From NCBI GenBank assembly GCA_019058015.1, contig JAHLWH010000051.1, positions 1 through 18,863 of the forward strand: a stretch of 18,863 nucleotides of DNA, read 5' to 3'. Position numbers and translations under genes: made by a program. Positions 8,675 to 17,215 of the stretch are shown piece by piece. This DNA comes from Promethearchaeota archaeon. GTDB lineage: Archaea > Asgardarchaeota > Lokiarchaeia > Sigyniarchaeales > SOKP01. Position 1 is the first letter of the stretch. Every line of letters starts with the position of its first letter. Below the pieces are notes generated by a model, which worked only from the letters and a program-made list of their open reading frames with translations, searched no databases and was not told the DNA's origin.

Positions 8675-8965
8675 TTAAAATTTCACTCCAGCAAACTCAT
8701 TTTGGAGATCTTTAAGTTCTTTTTCGGAAATTTTAAGATTATCAATATTTTCCATGTCTTTTTTAAAATCATTAAAACCTTTTTGACTAAAAGGACCAAT
8801 TATATAAGGAACCATTCCAAAAAATTGAGAATTATTAATATAATTTCTTAAGGCTTCTCTTAATAAATCACTTCGACTAGAAAATAACCCTTTTTTAATC
8901 AAATAATCAATTTTTTCTAAGATTTTTTTTGGTACGCGAATTTGAATTGTTTCCATAAATATCAT
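8675..8965 (-). CDS. Ribbon-helix-helix (CopG/MetJ/Arc) DNA-binding protein
   Basis: METIQIRVPKKILEKIDYLIKKGLFSSRSDLLREALR is a textbook RHH sequence, followed by an acidic C-terminal extension. Confidence 0.88.
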   Translation of the reverse strand: MIFMETIQIRVPKKILEKIDYLIKKGLFSSRSDLLREALRNYINNSQFFGMVPYIIGPFSQKGFNDFKKDMENIDNLKISEKELKDLQNEFAGVKF

Positions 8966-9091
8966 AAAATTTAATTCAATTACTATAGTAATTATATTAA
9001 TTTAAATTAATAAAATTAATTTCTTTTTTTTTAAAAAAAAAAAAATAAGAAAAGAAAAAACAGAAATATATCAATAAGCATAAAGATATTG

Positions 9092-10618
9092 TTATTTCTT
9101 CATTTCTAATACCTTTCTAAACTTTTCTAGCATTTTTCTCGGAGTTACGGTCGGCCTTTCATATCTAGGTAACGTTTTTCTTATTCCAAATAAGTATTTT
9201 GAGATATCTTTAAGTTTCTCAACGTCATATCGTCCCATCATTGCAATCGTTTCCATTTGAGGGCTACCTCCACCATGCAAACCAGCTACCTGCATTAACC
9301 CAGCAAGATCTGAAACAATCATATTTTCAATTCCGCGCATACAACGATAAATATTTTCGGGTTTTACTTTTGGATTTCTTTTCAAATATTTCATAGCTAA
9401 TTCACCAATCTCCTCAGAAAAGAAAGAGCCTTCTAAAGGTAAGGTTGCACATAAACCACCAGCTAGATCAGCAACAGTTTTATATTCACTATAGATTTCC
9501 TCACCAGCAAGTCGTCTTCCTGCATTAGTTAAAATCTCATCCGGAATACAAGTTCCTGAGGGAGCAACTTCGGAATGATAAGCACTTGCCTCACCTGCAG
9601 CAAATACCAGCTCCGCTGTACCAATTAAATGAGATAATTTATCCCTTACATGGGAAGTTCTTTCAATCCCATTATATTCCGCCACCAATGCTGCAGTACT
9701 AGCAAGCACTTCCGACATTGCTGGCTTACAACCTGTATACGAATGTCTATGATAATGAGCGAACATTAATGCCAAAAAACCAGCATATGGTGTTTGCCGA
9801 GGGTCGCTGTGACCATTTAAAAACACCCTCTCGTTGGGCACAAATACATCATCAAAGATTATAAAAGTTTCTGCATCCCCAAGCAATAATCCTGGAGCAT
9901 CCAAACCATGCTTGCTTTTTCTAAACCATGATGGTCTGGTAAGTAGTTTCACACCATCCCAATCTCCTGGTAATGCAAAAGCAACCGCATAATCCTTATC
10001 TTCTGGACCCATAAACCTTGTAGGAACTGCAATGAGCTCATCAGCATAAGGTGTGTTTGTAATACTTATTTTACACCCTCTAACAACAATCCCATCTTCT
10101 CTGGTATCTATTACCCTCAAGTATTGATCGGGATCTTCTTGCTGATGGGGTCTTTTTAATCTATCACCTTTAGTATCTGTCTGTGCGCAGCTCGCGACTA
10201 AATCATTTTCTTGAAAATATTTCATATATTTCTTAAAATTTTCATAATATTTAGTTCCAAGTGCTTGATCGCACTCATATGTAATCACGGATAATGCGTT
10301 TAGTGAATCTATTCCCATACACCTTTGAATACATCCTCCTACTCTATGACATAAGACCCTGGTCATTTGCTGTTTCTTCAACAGGTCTTCCTTGTTTTGG
10401 TGTATATGAGTAAAACGATTTATTTTTTCGCCAGTTAAATGAGATGTAGCTACACATAAATCTGCAAATTTTTCATCATATGCTCTATCGAAAGTTTGGC
10501 GTATTATATTCATTCCCCCTCTTAACCTTGGATCTGATCTATCAACCTTCTCATCACCTATATAAACATTTGGCTTCATTTTTAGCAATCTATTATAATA
10601 ATCCTCGAATGTTTTCAT
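9092..10618 (-). CDS. 4-hydroxybutyryl-CoA dehydratase / 4-hydroxyphenylacetate 3-hydroxylase family flavoprotein (type-2-like)
   Basis: INRFTH, CIQRC (CX3C), QTDTKGDR, HRHSYTGCK (His/Cys [4Fe-4S] ligands) and HGGGSP. Confidence 0.9.
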   Translation of the reverse strand: MKTFEDYYNRLLKMKPNVYIGDEKVDRSDPRLRGGMNIIRQTFDRAYDEKFADLCVATSHLTGEKINRFTHIHQNKEDLLKKQQMTRVLCHRVGGCIQRCMGIDSLNALSVITYECDQALGTKYYENFKKYMKYFQENDLVASCAQTDTKGDRLKRPHQQEDPDQYLRVIDTREDGIVVRGCKISITNTPYADELIAVPTRFMGPEDKDYAVAFALPGDWDGVKLLTRPSWFRKSKHGLDAPGLLLGDAETFIIFDDVFVPNERVFLNGHSDPRQTPYAGFLALMFAHYHRHSYTGCKPAMSEVLASTAALVAEYNGIERTSHVRDKLSHLIGTAELVFAAGEASAYHSEVAPSGTCIPDEILTNAGRRLAGEEIYSEYKTVADLAGGLCATLPLEGSFFSEEIGELAMKYLKRNPKVKPENIYRCMRGIENMIVSDLAGLMQVAGLHGGGSPQMETIAMMGRYDVEKLKDISKYLFGIRKTLPRYERPTVTPRKMLEKFRKVLEMKK

Positions 10619-10998
10619 TTTTTTAATATGCCTTCTTTATATTTTTTAAATAAAAAATTTCTTTTTAAATTAATATAGTTAATTAAAATTATCAACTCAA
10701 ATGTTAATAAGTCTATTATTTTTTATTGAAAATAAGAAAATTTACATTGTAATATAACAATAATAGCCGATTTGATATATATGAAATAAAATTGAATATT
10801 TAGAAGAATTTAAAAAATGTAAATGGCTTGCTAATGCACATATATTATTTGTGTATTATTTGGATATTCTCTGGATCACATACAAGTATAATTTAGAAAT
10901 AGATCTTGATATTTCTCGAGTTTAAATATCATCATAATTCAATTTATTATAAAAAATTAGATTAAAATAATTTTTTTAAAAAAAGGTTGTGTGTTAGA

Positions 10999-11355
10999 TT
11001 GAAACTATGGAAAAAAGGTCGAAATGACTTTAGAACGTCAGTAGAGGAGACTATGGGATGTTTACACAGAATGGGAGCAGTCGGGAGCTCACATCTCTCA
11101 CAGTATTTAATTAAAAAGTATAATTTGTCTTCATTAGATCAGGTTGAAGATGTAAAACAACAATTATTGAGGGGTAATATTTTAATTATTAATGTATCTA
11201 CTATTTTGGGGGATCAAAATGTGTCAATAATTGATTTTAAGAGATCTATTGACCAAATAAGGGCAGAAATTAATTTAACTGGCGGATCTATGGGAAGGAT
11301 CGGAGATACTTATTTAATCATTACACCAAATAGTCATATAAAGATTTCCAACTAA
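10999..11355 (+). CDS. sepF: Cell division protein SepF
   Basis: SLDQVEDVKQQLLRGNILIINV...GGSMGRIGDTYLIITP matches the archaeal SepF core. Start is uncertain (TTG at 10987 or 10999). Confidence 0.85.
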   Translation: MKLWKKGRNDFRTSVEETMGCLHRMGAVGSSHLSQYLIKKYNLSSLDQVEDVKQQLLRGNILIINVSTILGDQNVSIIDFKRSIDQIRAEINLTGGSMGRIGDTYLIITPNSHIKISN

Positions 11356-11430
11356 ATAATTTCAAAGCGAAAAACTAAAAGCAATAGAAACTTTGAATAT
11401 AATTAGAATTTCTGATCTAAATTATTTATC

Positions 11431-11946
11431 GTGATACTTTTGGACATTAAACAGCGGCATTTTATTCGTTCTTCTGAAATAAAAGAAATTATTTCACAAA
11501 TTAAAAAAACTTATTCCCAAGGTTTTGTTGATAAAATATTTCCAAAAAAATCTAATGTTGAAAGAATCTTAATTGAACACGGTGATGAGTTAATCGCAAT
11601 TAATAATCAACTTAGCTTGTGGAAAAAGGGAAAAATCTACATTCCTATACTGTCGTTATTATTAGAAGATAATTTAGGATTAAAAACCATCGTTGTAGAT
11701 ATGGGTGCAATAAAATTTGTGACTAATGGTGCTGATATAATGCGTCCTGGAATAACAAAAATTGATCCAAGGATCAAAAAAGGCAATATTGTTAGAGTTT
11801 CTGATGAAACTCATGATCGAATTCTAGCGGTTGGGCAAGCAATATTTGATGCAGAAGAGATGGAGAAAAAAAATTCCGGGAAAGTTGTTAAAAATCTACA
11901 CACAATTAAAGATCAAGTCTGGAAATTTGCTAAAACCTTTAAATGA
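11431..11946 (+). CDS. Pre-PUA (DUF1947) + PUA RNA-binding protein, MCT-1/Tma20 homologue
   Basis: VVDMGAIKFVTNGADIMRPGI, GKVVKNLHTIKDQVW and an N-terminal RHFIRSSE. Confidence 0.9.
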   Translation: MILLDIKQRHFIRSSEIKEIISQIKKTYSQGFVDKIFPKKSNVERILIEHGDELIAINNQLSLWKKGKIYIPILSLLLEDNLGLKTIVVDMGAIKFVTNGADIMRPGITKIDPRIKKGNIVRVSDETHDRILAVGQAIFDAEEMEKKNSGKVVKNLHTIKDQVWKFAKTFK

Positions 11947-12042
11947 AAATATTTTTTTAAAATTGAAGATATACACTGATAGAAGGAAGAAATGAAATAT
12001 ATTGTTTAAATTATGAAAAAAAGGAAGGATTAATTAGATTTT

Positions 12043-12297
12043 TTATATTCCGCCTGCTTGAGTGGCCATCACTGTAATTACATCCTTTTTGGGATGAATC
12101 CCAATTTTGGTAAATTTAAGACTATCAGGAAGAACTTTTCCTTTAAAAATAAACTGGATTGCTAAGATTGGATTGAGTTTATACTCTCGTTGAACTGTTT
12201 TCTTAATTTCTGCTATGCTATTATTTGGATCTACTTCTATTAATTTAATTGCTTGGTCTGGGGGTACCCCAGTAAGTCTAAATCTATATTGCGTCAT
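12043..12297 (-). CDS. Stand-alone ubiquitin-like (beta-grasp) protein
   Basis: 84 aa. IEVDPNNSIAEIK and FIFKGKVLPD parallel ubiquitin LEVEPSDTIENVK and LIFAGKQLED. It ends QAGG-I-stop. Confidence 0.82.
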   Translation of the reverse strand: MTQYRFRLTGVPPDQAIKLIEVDPNNSIAEIKKTVQREYKLNPILAIQFIFKGKVLPDSLKFTKIGIHPKKDVITVMATQAGGI

Positions 12298-12541
12298 AAT
12301 TTTTTCAGTTTCTTTTATTTATTTTAAGTCTAAATTAATATTTACTAATTATTTTTCAATTTGGATTGTTTTTTATTATTTATAATTTTTCAAAAGAAAT
12401 TATAAAATATTTCAGTTAATTATAGGTAATCGATACAAATATTTAAAGTTTAGGTGTTTAGTAATTATCTTTTTGTTCAATTTTTTAATTTTAGTTCGAA
12501 CAATGGTATAATTTTTATTTCTATTTTTCTTATTTTATTTC

Positions 12542-13750
12542 ATGAGTATTTCAAATGAAAAACAAAAAATTAAAGAAGAAATATTAAGTCAAGATTATTT
12601 TAAATCGATGGCCAAATCTGATAGAATTCTTTTTGTTCTTCGGACTTTTGGGCCGCAGAATTTTACTTCATTAAAGGATCTTTCAAAAATGAGCAAATCA
12701 ACGGTTTCAAAATATATAAACCTTCATCTCCAGAAAGATTATATAGAAAAAAGATTATTTAAATTAGAAAATAACCAAAGAAGGCCAAAATATGTCCTTA
12801 CTGAATCTGGCAATAAAATTTCAAAAGAACTTTTTGAAAAATTTGATGATAATTTAATTTTAATGAATAAAATTAATCGCAGTATTTCGAAACTATCACA
12901 ATTAATTCAATTTTATGAGAATATTTCTGTAGATGAATCAATAATTAATCGAATAATTAGGATTATATCAAAATTGGGAGATCAATTTTTTACTTTAGAT
13001 CAAAACGAGGATTTATTTATGTCCCTCTTTTTTATGTTTTATAACTCCGCTCTAACACCGAATTTTAGATTTGAACTTAAGGAGTTTTGCAATTTATACA
13101 AGGTAAATGAAGTCAGCATTGATTATCATATCTATAAAATTATGTCTAGTAATTTAGGATTTCATTTGTTTGAACGAGGAGATGATAAGTTCTTTTTTCA
13201 TTCTGAAGACCTTTTAGGAACTATCGCCTTGCGTTTAATAAAAGATCTGCTTATAGAAGAATTGATACATTTTAATATTGAGGGGGAAACGAGAATTGAT
13301 GATTTGGATAAAGTTACAGAAGATATAGCAAGATCTCTTCTAAAAATGGGGCTTATATGGGATAGAATTAGAAAAGAATTTGAATTATTAATAGAAAAAT
13401 TGTTTATTAAAATGGCATTAGATATGGGATTCCCTAAAATCAATTTAGTAAATATGATTCTCTCTTCAAAAAAATTTAATGCAAATAAATTACCAATTGA
13501 CTCATTAATTAGAATTTTCAACGGTTCTGAGGATTATGTTGATTTAAATTTGGTTCCAAGCAAAACAAATTCAGTCGAAAAGATTAATAATATTTCTGGA
13601 ATTAAGTTAGAGGGAGTGGTAGGGTTTTGTTCTTCTTGTGGACAATTAATTTTAAATGATATTATCCAATGTCCTGAATGTAAAAAAAGAATCAACAAAG
13701 ATCATTTATTAATGGAAATTGATAAAGCCCTTGAATTAAAAAATAAATAA
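12542..13750 (+). CDS. Winged-HTH (MarR/ArsR-like) regulator with C-terminal Zn ribbon
   Basis: ILFVL...LSKMSKSTVSKYI...YVLTESG wHTH at the N-terminus, and CSSC-x9-CPEC near the C-terminus. Confidence 0.75.
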   Translation: MSISNEKQKIKEEILSQDYFKSMAKSDRILFVLRTFGPQNFTSLKDLSKMSKSTVSKYINLHLQKDYIEKRLFKLENNQRRPKYVLTESGNKISKELFEKFDDNLILMNKINRSISKLSQLIQFYENISVDESIINRIIRIISKLGDQFFTLDQNEDLFMSLFFMFYNSALTPNFRFELKEFCNLYKVNEVSIDYHIYKIMSSNLGFHLFERGDDKFFFHSEDLLGTIALRLIKDLLIEELIHFNIEGETRIDDLDKVTEDIARSLLKMGLIWDRIRKEFELLIEKLFIKMALDMGFPKINLVNMILSSKKFNANKLPIDSLIRIFNGSEDYVDLNLVPSKTNSVEKINNISGIKLEGVVGFCSSCGQLILNDIIQCPECKKRINKDHLLMEIDKALELKNK

Positions 13751-13905
13751 TAAAAGGGAACATGACGATAATAATAATTTTATGCGATAACTTGCAAAAA
13801 TTTCGATAAAAAAATATTTATTTTTTGGATTTTCTTTTATTAAAAAGACAAAGATTTTTTTGATTTTGTAATTTTAGTTATTTATTCAACAATGGAATTA
13901 ATCCA

Positions 13906-15435
13906 ATGAAATGGAATAAAATTTTATTATTAGTGGCGAACTATAGATGTACGGGTTATGATTTTTACGATTCTGCATTTCCTCCGTTAGCCCTTGAATA
14001 TATCGCAGCTTATGTGGAAGACTTAGTCGATGTAATAATTTTAGATACTAAAGCAGCTAATTTGAATTTAAAACAGGTTAAAAAAAAAATTAAGGAATAT
14101 GGACCTGATTTAGTAGGTTTATCGGTGCCAGTATCAAGTGCAATTAATGATGTATTATTATATGCAAAAATTGCCAAAGATTTAGGTTGTACAACGGTAA
14201 TTGGGGGCTGGCATCCAACCTTAGCCGTTGAACAGACTTTATCATCTCCTTGGATTGATTTTTTAGTTAGAGGAGAGGGGGAATTTACATTTCGAGAGTT
14301 GATTGAAAAGGGGACTCCAGAAAATGTAAATGGTTTATCTTATAAATCAAATGGAAAATTAATCCATAATCCGGATAGACCTTTTCTAAAAAATATAGAT
14401 GAGTTAAAGTTTCCAGCGAGACATTTAGTTAAACAATATAAATATAAAGCATTTAATATGAATATTGATGCTATAGAAACTTCACGTGGATGCCCTCAAG
14501 CATGCAAATTTTGTAGCACTCACGTAGTTTACAAGCGTAGCTGGAGATCTAGATCTGTAGATAATGTAATTAAAGAATTAGAAATTATATCAAAAAATAA
14601 AAAAATTAGTGATGTATTCTTTGTTGACGATAATATCCTTGTTAACATGAAACGAATTGAAAAGCTCTGTATAGAAATTATAAGAGCTAAAAGGGAGAGA
14701 AGGATTAAAAAACATTTGCATTTTTTCTTCCAAGGAAGATTAGATTCAATGGCAAGATATCCGGAAATCACAAAATTAATGGGTAAAGCAGGTTTTTGGC
14801 TTGTTCTTGTAGGAGTTGAAGCAACTGATAACAAAGGATTAAAGAATGTAGAAAAAGGCTGTAATATGGAAAACATCAAAAAAGGAATAGATGTATTACA
14901 TGAAAGTGGGATTATCGTTATGGGGAATGTAATTATTGGTGCAAATCTTGATGACACTGTGGAAGATGTTCTAATTACGATTAAACGAACAAGAGAATTA
15001 ACGTTGGATTTACCAAGTTTTACTTTATTAACACCATTTCCTGCAACAGGGTTTTACGTAGAATTAAAGGAAAAAAATCTATTATTAACTGAAGATTATT
15101 CAAAATATAATTGGCTCACACCTGTAATAAAAACAAAAAATTTTAGTCCTAAAGTTCTTAGAAAATTATTATTTCTTGGTTTTTATTATGTTGGTTTTTA
15201 TGGTGGAGATTGGTTCACAAAATGGAATTTACTTCGTAGAGGAATTAAATCAAGAGGAATTAAATACATTTTCCATCCTGGAAGAGCATACAGAACAGTT
15301 AAGTCTTATTTTACGTGGCGAAAGATTGTTATGGAGAATATACAAGATTTAAATAAAGAACAAAGGAATCAACTACTCTTAGGAAATGTTAAGGATATGA
15401 TTGAATTAAAGCAAGCAATCATAAAAGGGAGTTAA
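13906..15435 (+). CDS. Cobalamin-binding radical SAM enzyme (class B / BchE-like), paralogue 1
   Basis: PPLALEYIAA, GGWHPT and VRGEGE (B12 domain); TSRGCPQACKFC (CX3CX2C); FVDDN; TPFPAT. Confidence 0.92.
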   Translation: MKWNKILLLVANYRCTGYDFYDSAFPPLALEYIAAYVEDLVDVIILDTKAANLNLKQVKKKIKEYGPDLVGLSVPVSSAINDVLLYAKIAKDLGCTTVIGGWHPTLAVEQTLSSPWIDFLVRGEGEFTFRELIEKGTPENVNGLSYKSNGKLIHNPDRPFLKNIDELKFPARHLVKQYKYKAFNMNIDAIETSRGCPQACKFCSTHVVYKRSWRSRSVDNVIKELEIISKNKKISDVFFVDDNILVNMKRIEKLCIEIIRAKRERRIKKHLHFFFQGRLDSMARYPEITKLMGKAGFWLVLVGVEATDNKGLKNVEKGCNMENIKKGIDVLHESGIIVMGNVIIGANLDDTVEDVLITIKRTRELTLDLPSFTLLTPFPATGFYVELKEKNLLLTEDYSKYNWLTPVIKTKNFSPKVLRKLLFLGFYYVGFYGGDWFTKWNLLRRGIKSRGIKYIFHPGRAYRTVKSYFTWRKIVMENIQDLNKEQRNQLLLGNVKDMIELKQAIIKGS

Positions 15436-15445
15436 AAATAGTATT

Positions 15446-16906
15446 ATGGTAATTAACGTTCCTAAAGAAAATCATTTCAGATGGAAAAGAATTCTTTTAA
15501 TCAAACCAAACTATAGGACAACTGGTTGGGATTACATTAATGTGGATTTCCCACCAATAAATTTGACATATATTGCGAGTTATTTAACAGATTTAAATGT
15601 TAAGGTGGAAATACTCGATGCTAAAGTAAATAATTTAACCCATAAACAAATAAAGAAAAAGATACAAAAATACAACCCTGATATTGTAGGAATTTCAGTA
15701 TTTGTTTCTGCAGCGATTAATTTTTGTTATGATATCGCAAAAATTGTAAAAGAAGTTAATTCCAATTGCATAGTCGTATTTGGGGGGCGACACCCAACCT
15801 TCGAACCCGATGAGACATTAAATTGTAATGATATCGATTATGTTGTTAGGGGTGAAGGAGAGCTAACATTCAGAGATTTAATAATAAAAGGAACCCCAGA
15901 AGCTGTTAAAGGACTTTCTTATAAATCGAATGGAAAAACTCTCCACAATCCTGAACGCCCATTAATTAAAAATTTTGAAAAAATTAGATTCCCGGCAAGA
16001 GATCTTACAAAAAAAAATAAGTATAAGATGTTTACAGTAAGGTTAGAAACGATTGAAACCTCAAGAGGATGCCCTTATACATGCACATTTTGCACAACTC
16101 ATATTTTTAATAATGGATTATGGCGCCCACGACCAATTGAGAAAATAATTACAGAGTTAAAAATGATATCACACAATAGAAGAATTTCTGATATTTTTTT
16201 TGTAGATGATAATTTAACCGCTAATTCTAAAAGAATTGAAAGATTGTGTGAAAGAATTATTGAATGTAAAAGAAATAAGGAAATTAGTGATTTTAAATTT
16301 TTTGCACAAATTAGAGTAGATTCTATAGTGAAATCTCCTATTATGGTAAAAAAAATGGCAGAAGCTGGATTTTGGATTGTTTTTATTGGAATTGAAAGTA
16401 TAAACGAAGAAACATTAAAAGATATAAGAAAAGGGTTTAACTTCTCAGAAGTATCAAAAGCTTTAGAGATATTACATAAAAATTATATTATTGTTATTGG
16501 AAACTTAATAATTGGGCTTGATTTGAATGCCACCGAAATGGATATTAAAAAAGAAATTCAATTTATGAAAAATGTCGATGTAGATATCGTTAGTTATTGT
16601 TTATTAACACCTTTTCCCGGAAGCAAAACTTTGAAGGACCTAGAAGCAAAAAATCTAGTTATAACTAAAGATTGGTCGAAATATACAGTATTTGACCCTG
16701 TTATTAAAACATATCAATTAAGTCCAAGAAATTTGTATGATCTATTACATTACTCTTTTAGAAAATTAAAGTATTTCAATAATTGGAAAGGATTTCCCTC
16801 CCGAATTATAAAAGCACGTGGACTTCTTTTTGTTCTAAATCCAATTCGATTAATATCACTTATTAACTCATTCTTAAAAGTCAGAAATTTATTTAAAGAA
16901 TTTTAA
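15446..16906 (+). CDS. Cobalamin-binding radical SAM enzyme (class B / BchE-like), paralogue 2
   Basis: PPINLTYIAS, GGRHPT, VRGEGE; TSRGCPYTCTFC; FVDDN; GIES; TPFPGS. It starts 10 nt after paralogue 1. Confidence 0.92.
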   Translation: MVINVPKENHFRWKRILLIKPNYRTTGWDYINVDFPPINLTYIASYLTDLNVKVEILDAKVNNLTHKQIKKKIQKYNPDIVGISVFVSAAINFCYDIAKIVKEVNSNCIVVFGGRHPTFEPDETLNCNDIDYVVRGEGELTFRDLIIKGTPEAVKGLSYKSNGKTLHNPERPLIKNFEKIRFPARDLTKKNKYKMFTVRLETIETSRGCPYTCTFCTTHIFNNGLWRPRPIEKIITELKMISHNRRISDIFFVDDNLTANSKRIERLCERIIECKRNKEISDFKFFAQIRVDSIVKSPIMVKKMAEAGFWIVFIGIESINEETLKDIRKGFNFSEVSKALEILHKNYIIVIGNLIIGLDLNATEMDIKKEIQFMKNVDVDIVSYCLLTPFPGSKTLKDLEAKNLVITKDWSKYTVFDPVIKTYQLSPRNLYDLLHYSFRKLKYFNNWKGFPSRIIKARGLLFVLNPIRLISLINSFLKVRNLFKEF

Positions 16907-17056
16907 GAAATTTAAGCAACTATTTTCTTATTTGAATTTATTCTCTAACAATCTCAAAAGGCATTTCTAAATAATTTTAACTGAATTTATGATATTTTAA
17001 CTAGAAATAATTTTTAAAGATCGAATATAAAATAATTATAAATTAAATAAACAACA

Positions 17057-17066
17057 TTTTAAATAA
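17057..17066 (+). promoter_or_regulatory. Putative TATA box of the tRNA-Leu gene
   Basis: TTTTAAATAA lies 32-41 nt upstream of the mature tRNA 5' end, preceded by an A-rich BRE-like stretch. The AT-rich background limits certainty. Confidence 0.45.
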
Positions 17067-17097
17067 GAATAATATTTTCATAATCAACAGCAGTATT

Positions 17098-17215
17098 GCA
17101 GGGATAACCGAGCCTGGTCAATAAGAAACTTGAATATGGGTCAAGACTGATTATAGGTGCTGGACTTAAGATCCAGTGGCGTAGGCCTTCGGGAGTTCGA
17201 ATCTCCCTCCCTGCA
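17098..17215 (+). tRNA. tRNA-Leu(UAA) with a 33-nt intron in the D-arm
   Basis: Acceptor stem GCAGGGA/TCCCTGC plus discriminator A; anticodon arm CTGGA-CTTAAGA-TCCAG (TAA at 17167-17169); long variable arm GGC-GTAG-GCC; T arm GGGAG-TTCGAAT-CTCCC. CCA is not encoded. Confidence 0.95.
17122..17154 (+). other. Non-canonical tRNA intron (position ~21/22)
   Basis: Removing TAAGAAACTTGAATATGGGTCAAGACTGATTAT restores the canonical D-arm ACCGAGCCTGGTCAAAGGT. GGTC/GATT forms a 4-bp helix flanked by 3-nt bulges (AAT, ATA), and there is an internal hairpin CTTGA/TCAAG. Confidence 0.85.

Noticed and set aside
9020-9060. Poly-T/poly-A inverted repeat
   Set aside because: It is a low-complexity homopolymer tract, best explained as the minus-strand oligo-T terminator of the dehydratase gene rather than a MITE or structured RNA.
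10753-10925. ~57-codon stop-free plus-strand frame upstream of sepF
   Set aside because: It has no start codon near its 5' end, no recognisable motif, and lies in a divergent promoter region.
8227-12297. Aspartic protease + Ubl as a split Ddi1-like (UBL-RVP) system
   Set aside because: The genes are about 3.4 kb apart, separated by unrelated transcription units, and the protease looks like the small prokaryotic clan AA type coupled to an RHH. Nothing in the sequence links them.
13198-13521. 107-aa minus-strand ORF
   Set aside because: It is antisense to the wHTH regulator.
14529-14957. 142-aa minus-strand ORF
   Set aside because: It is antisense to radical SAM paralogue 1.
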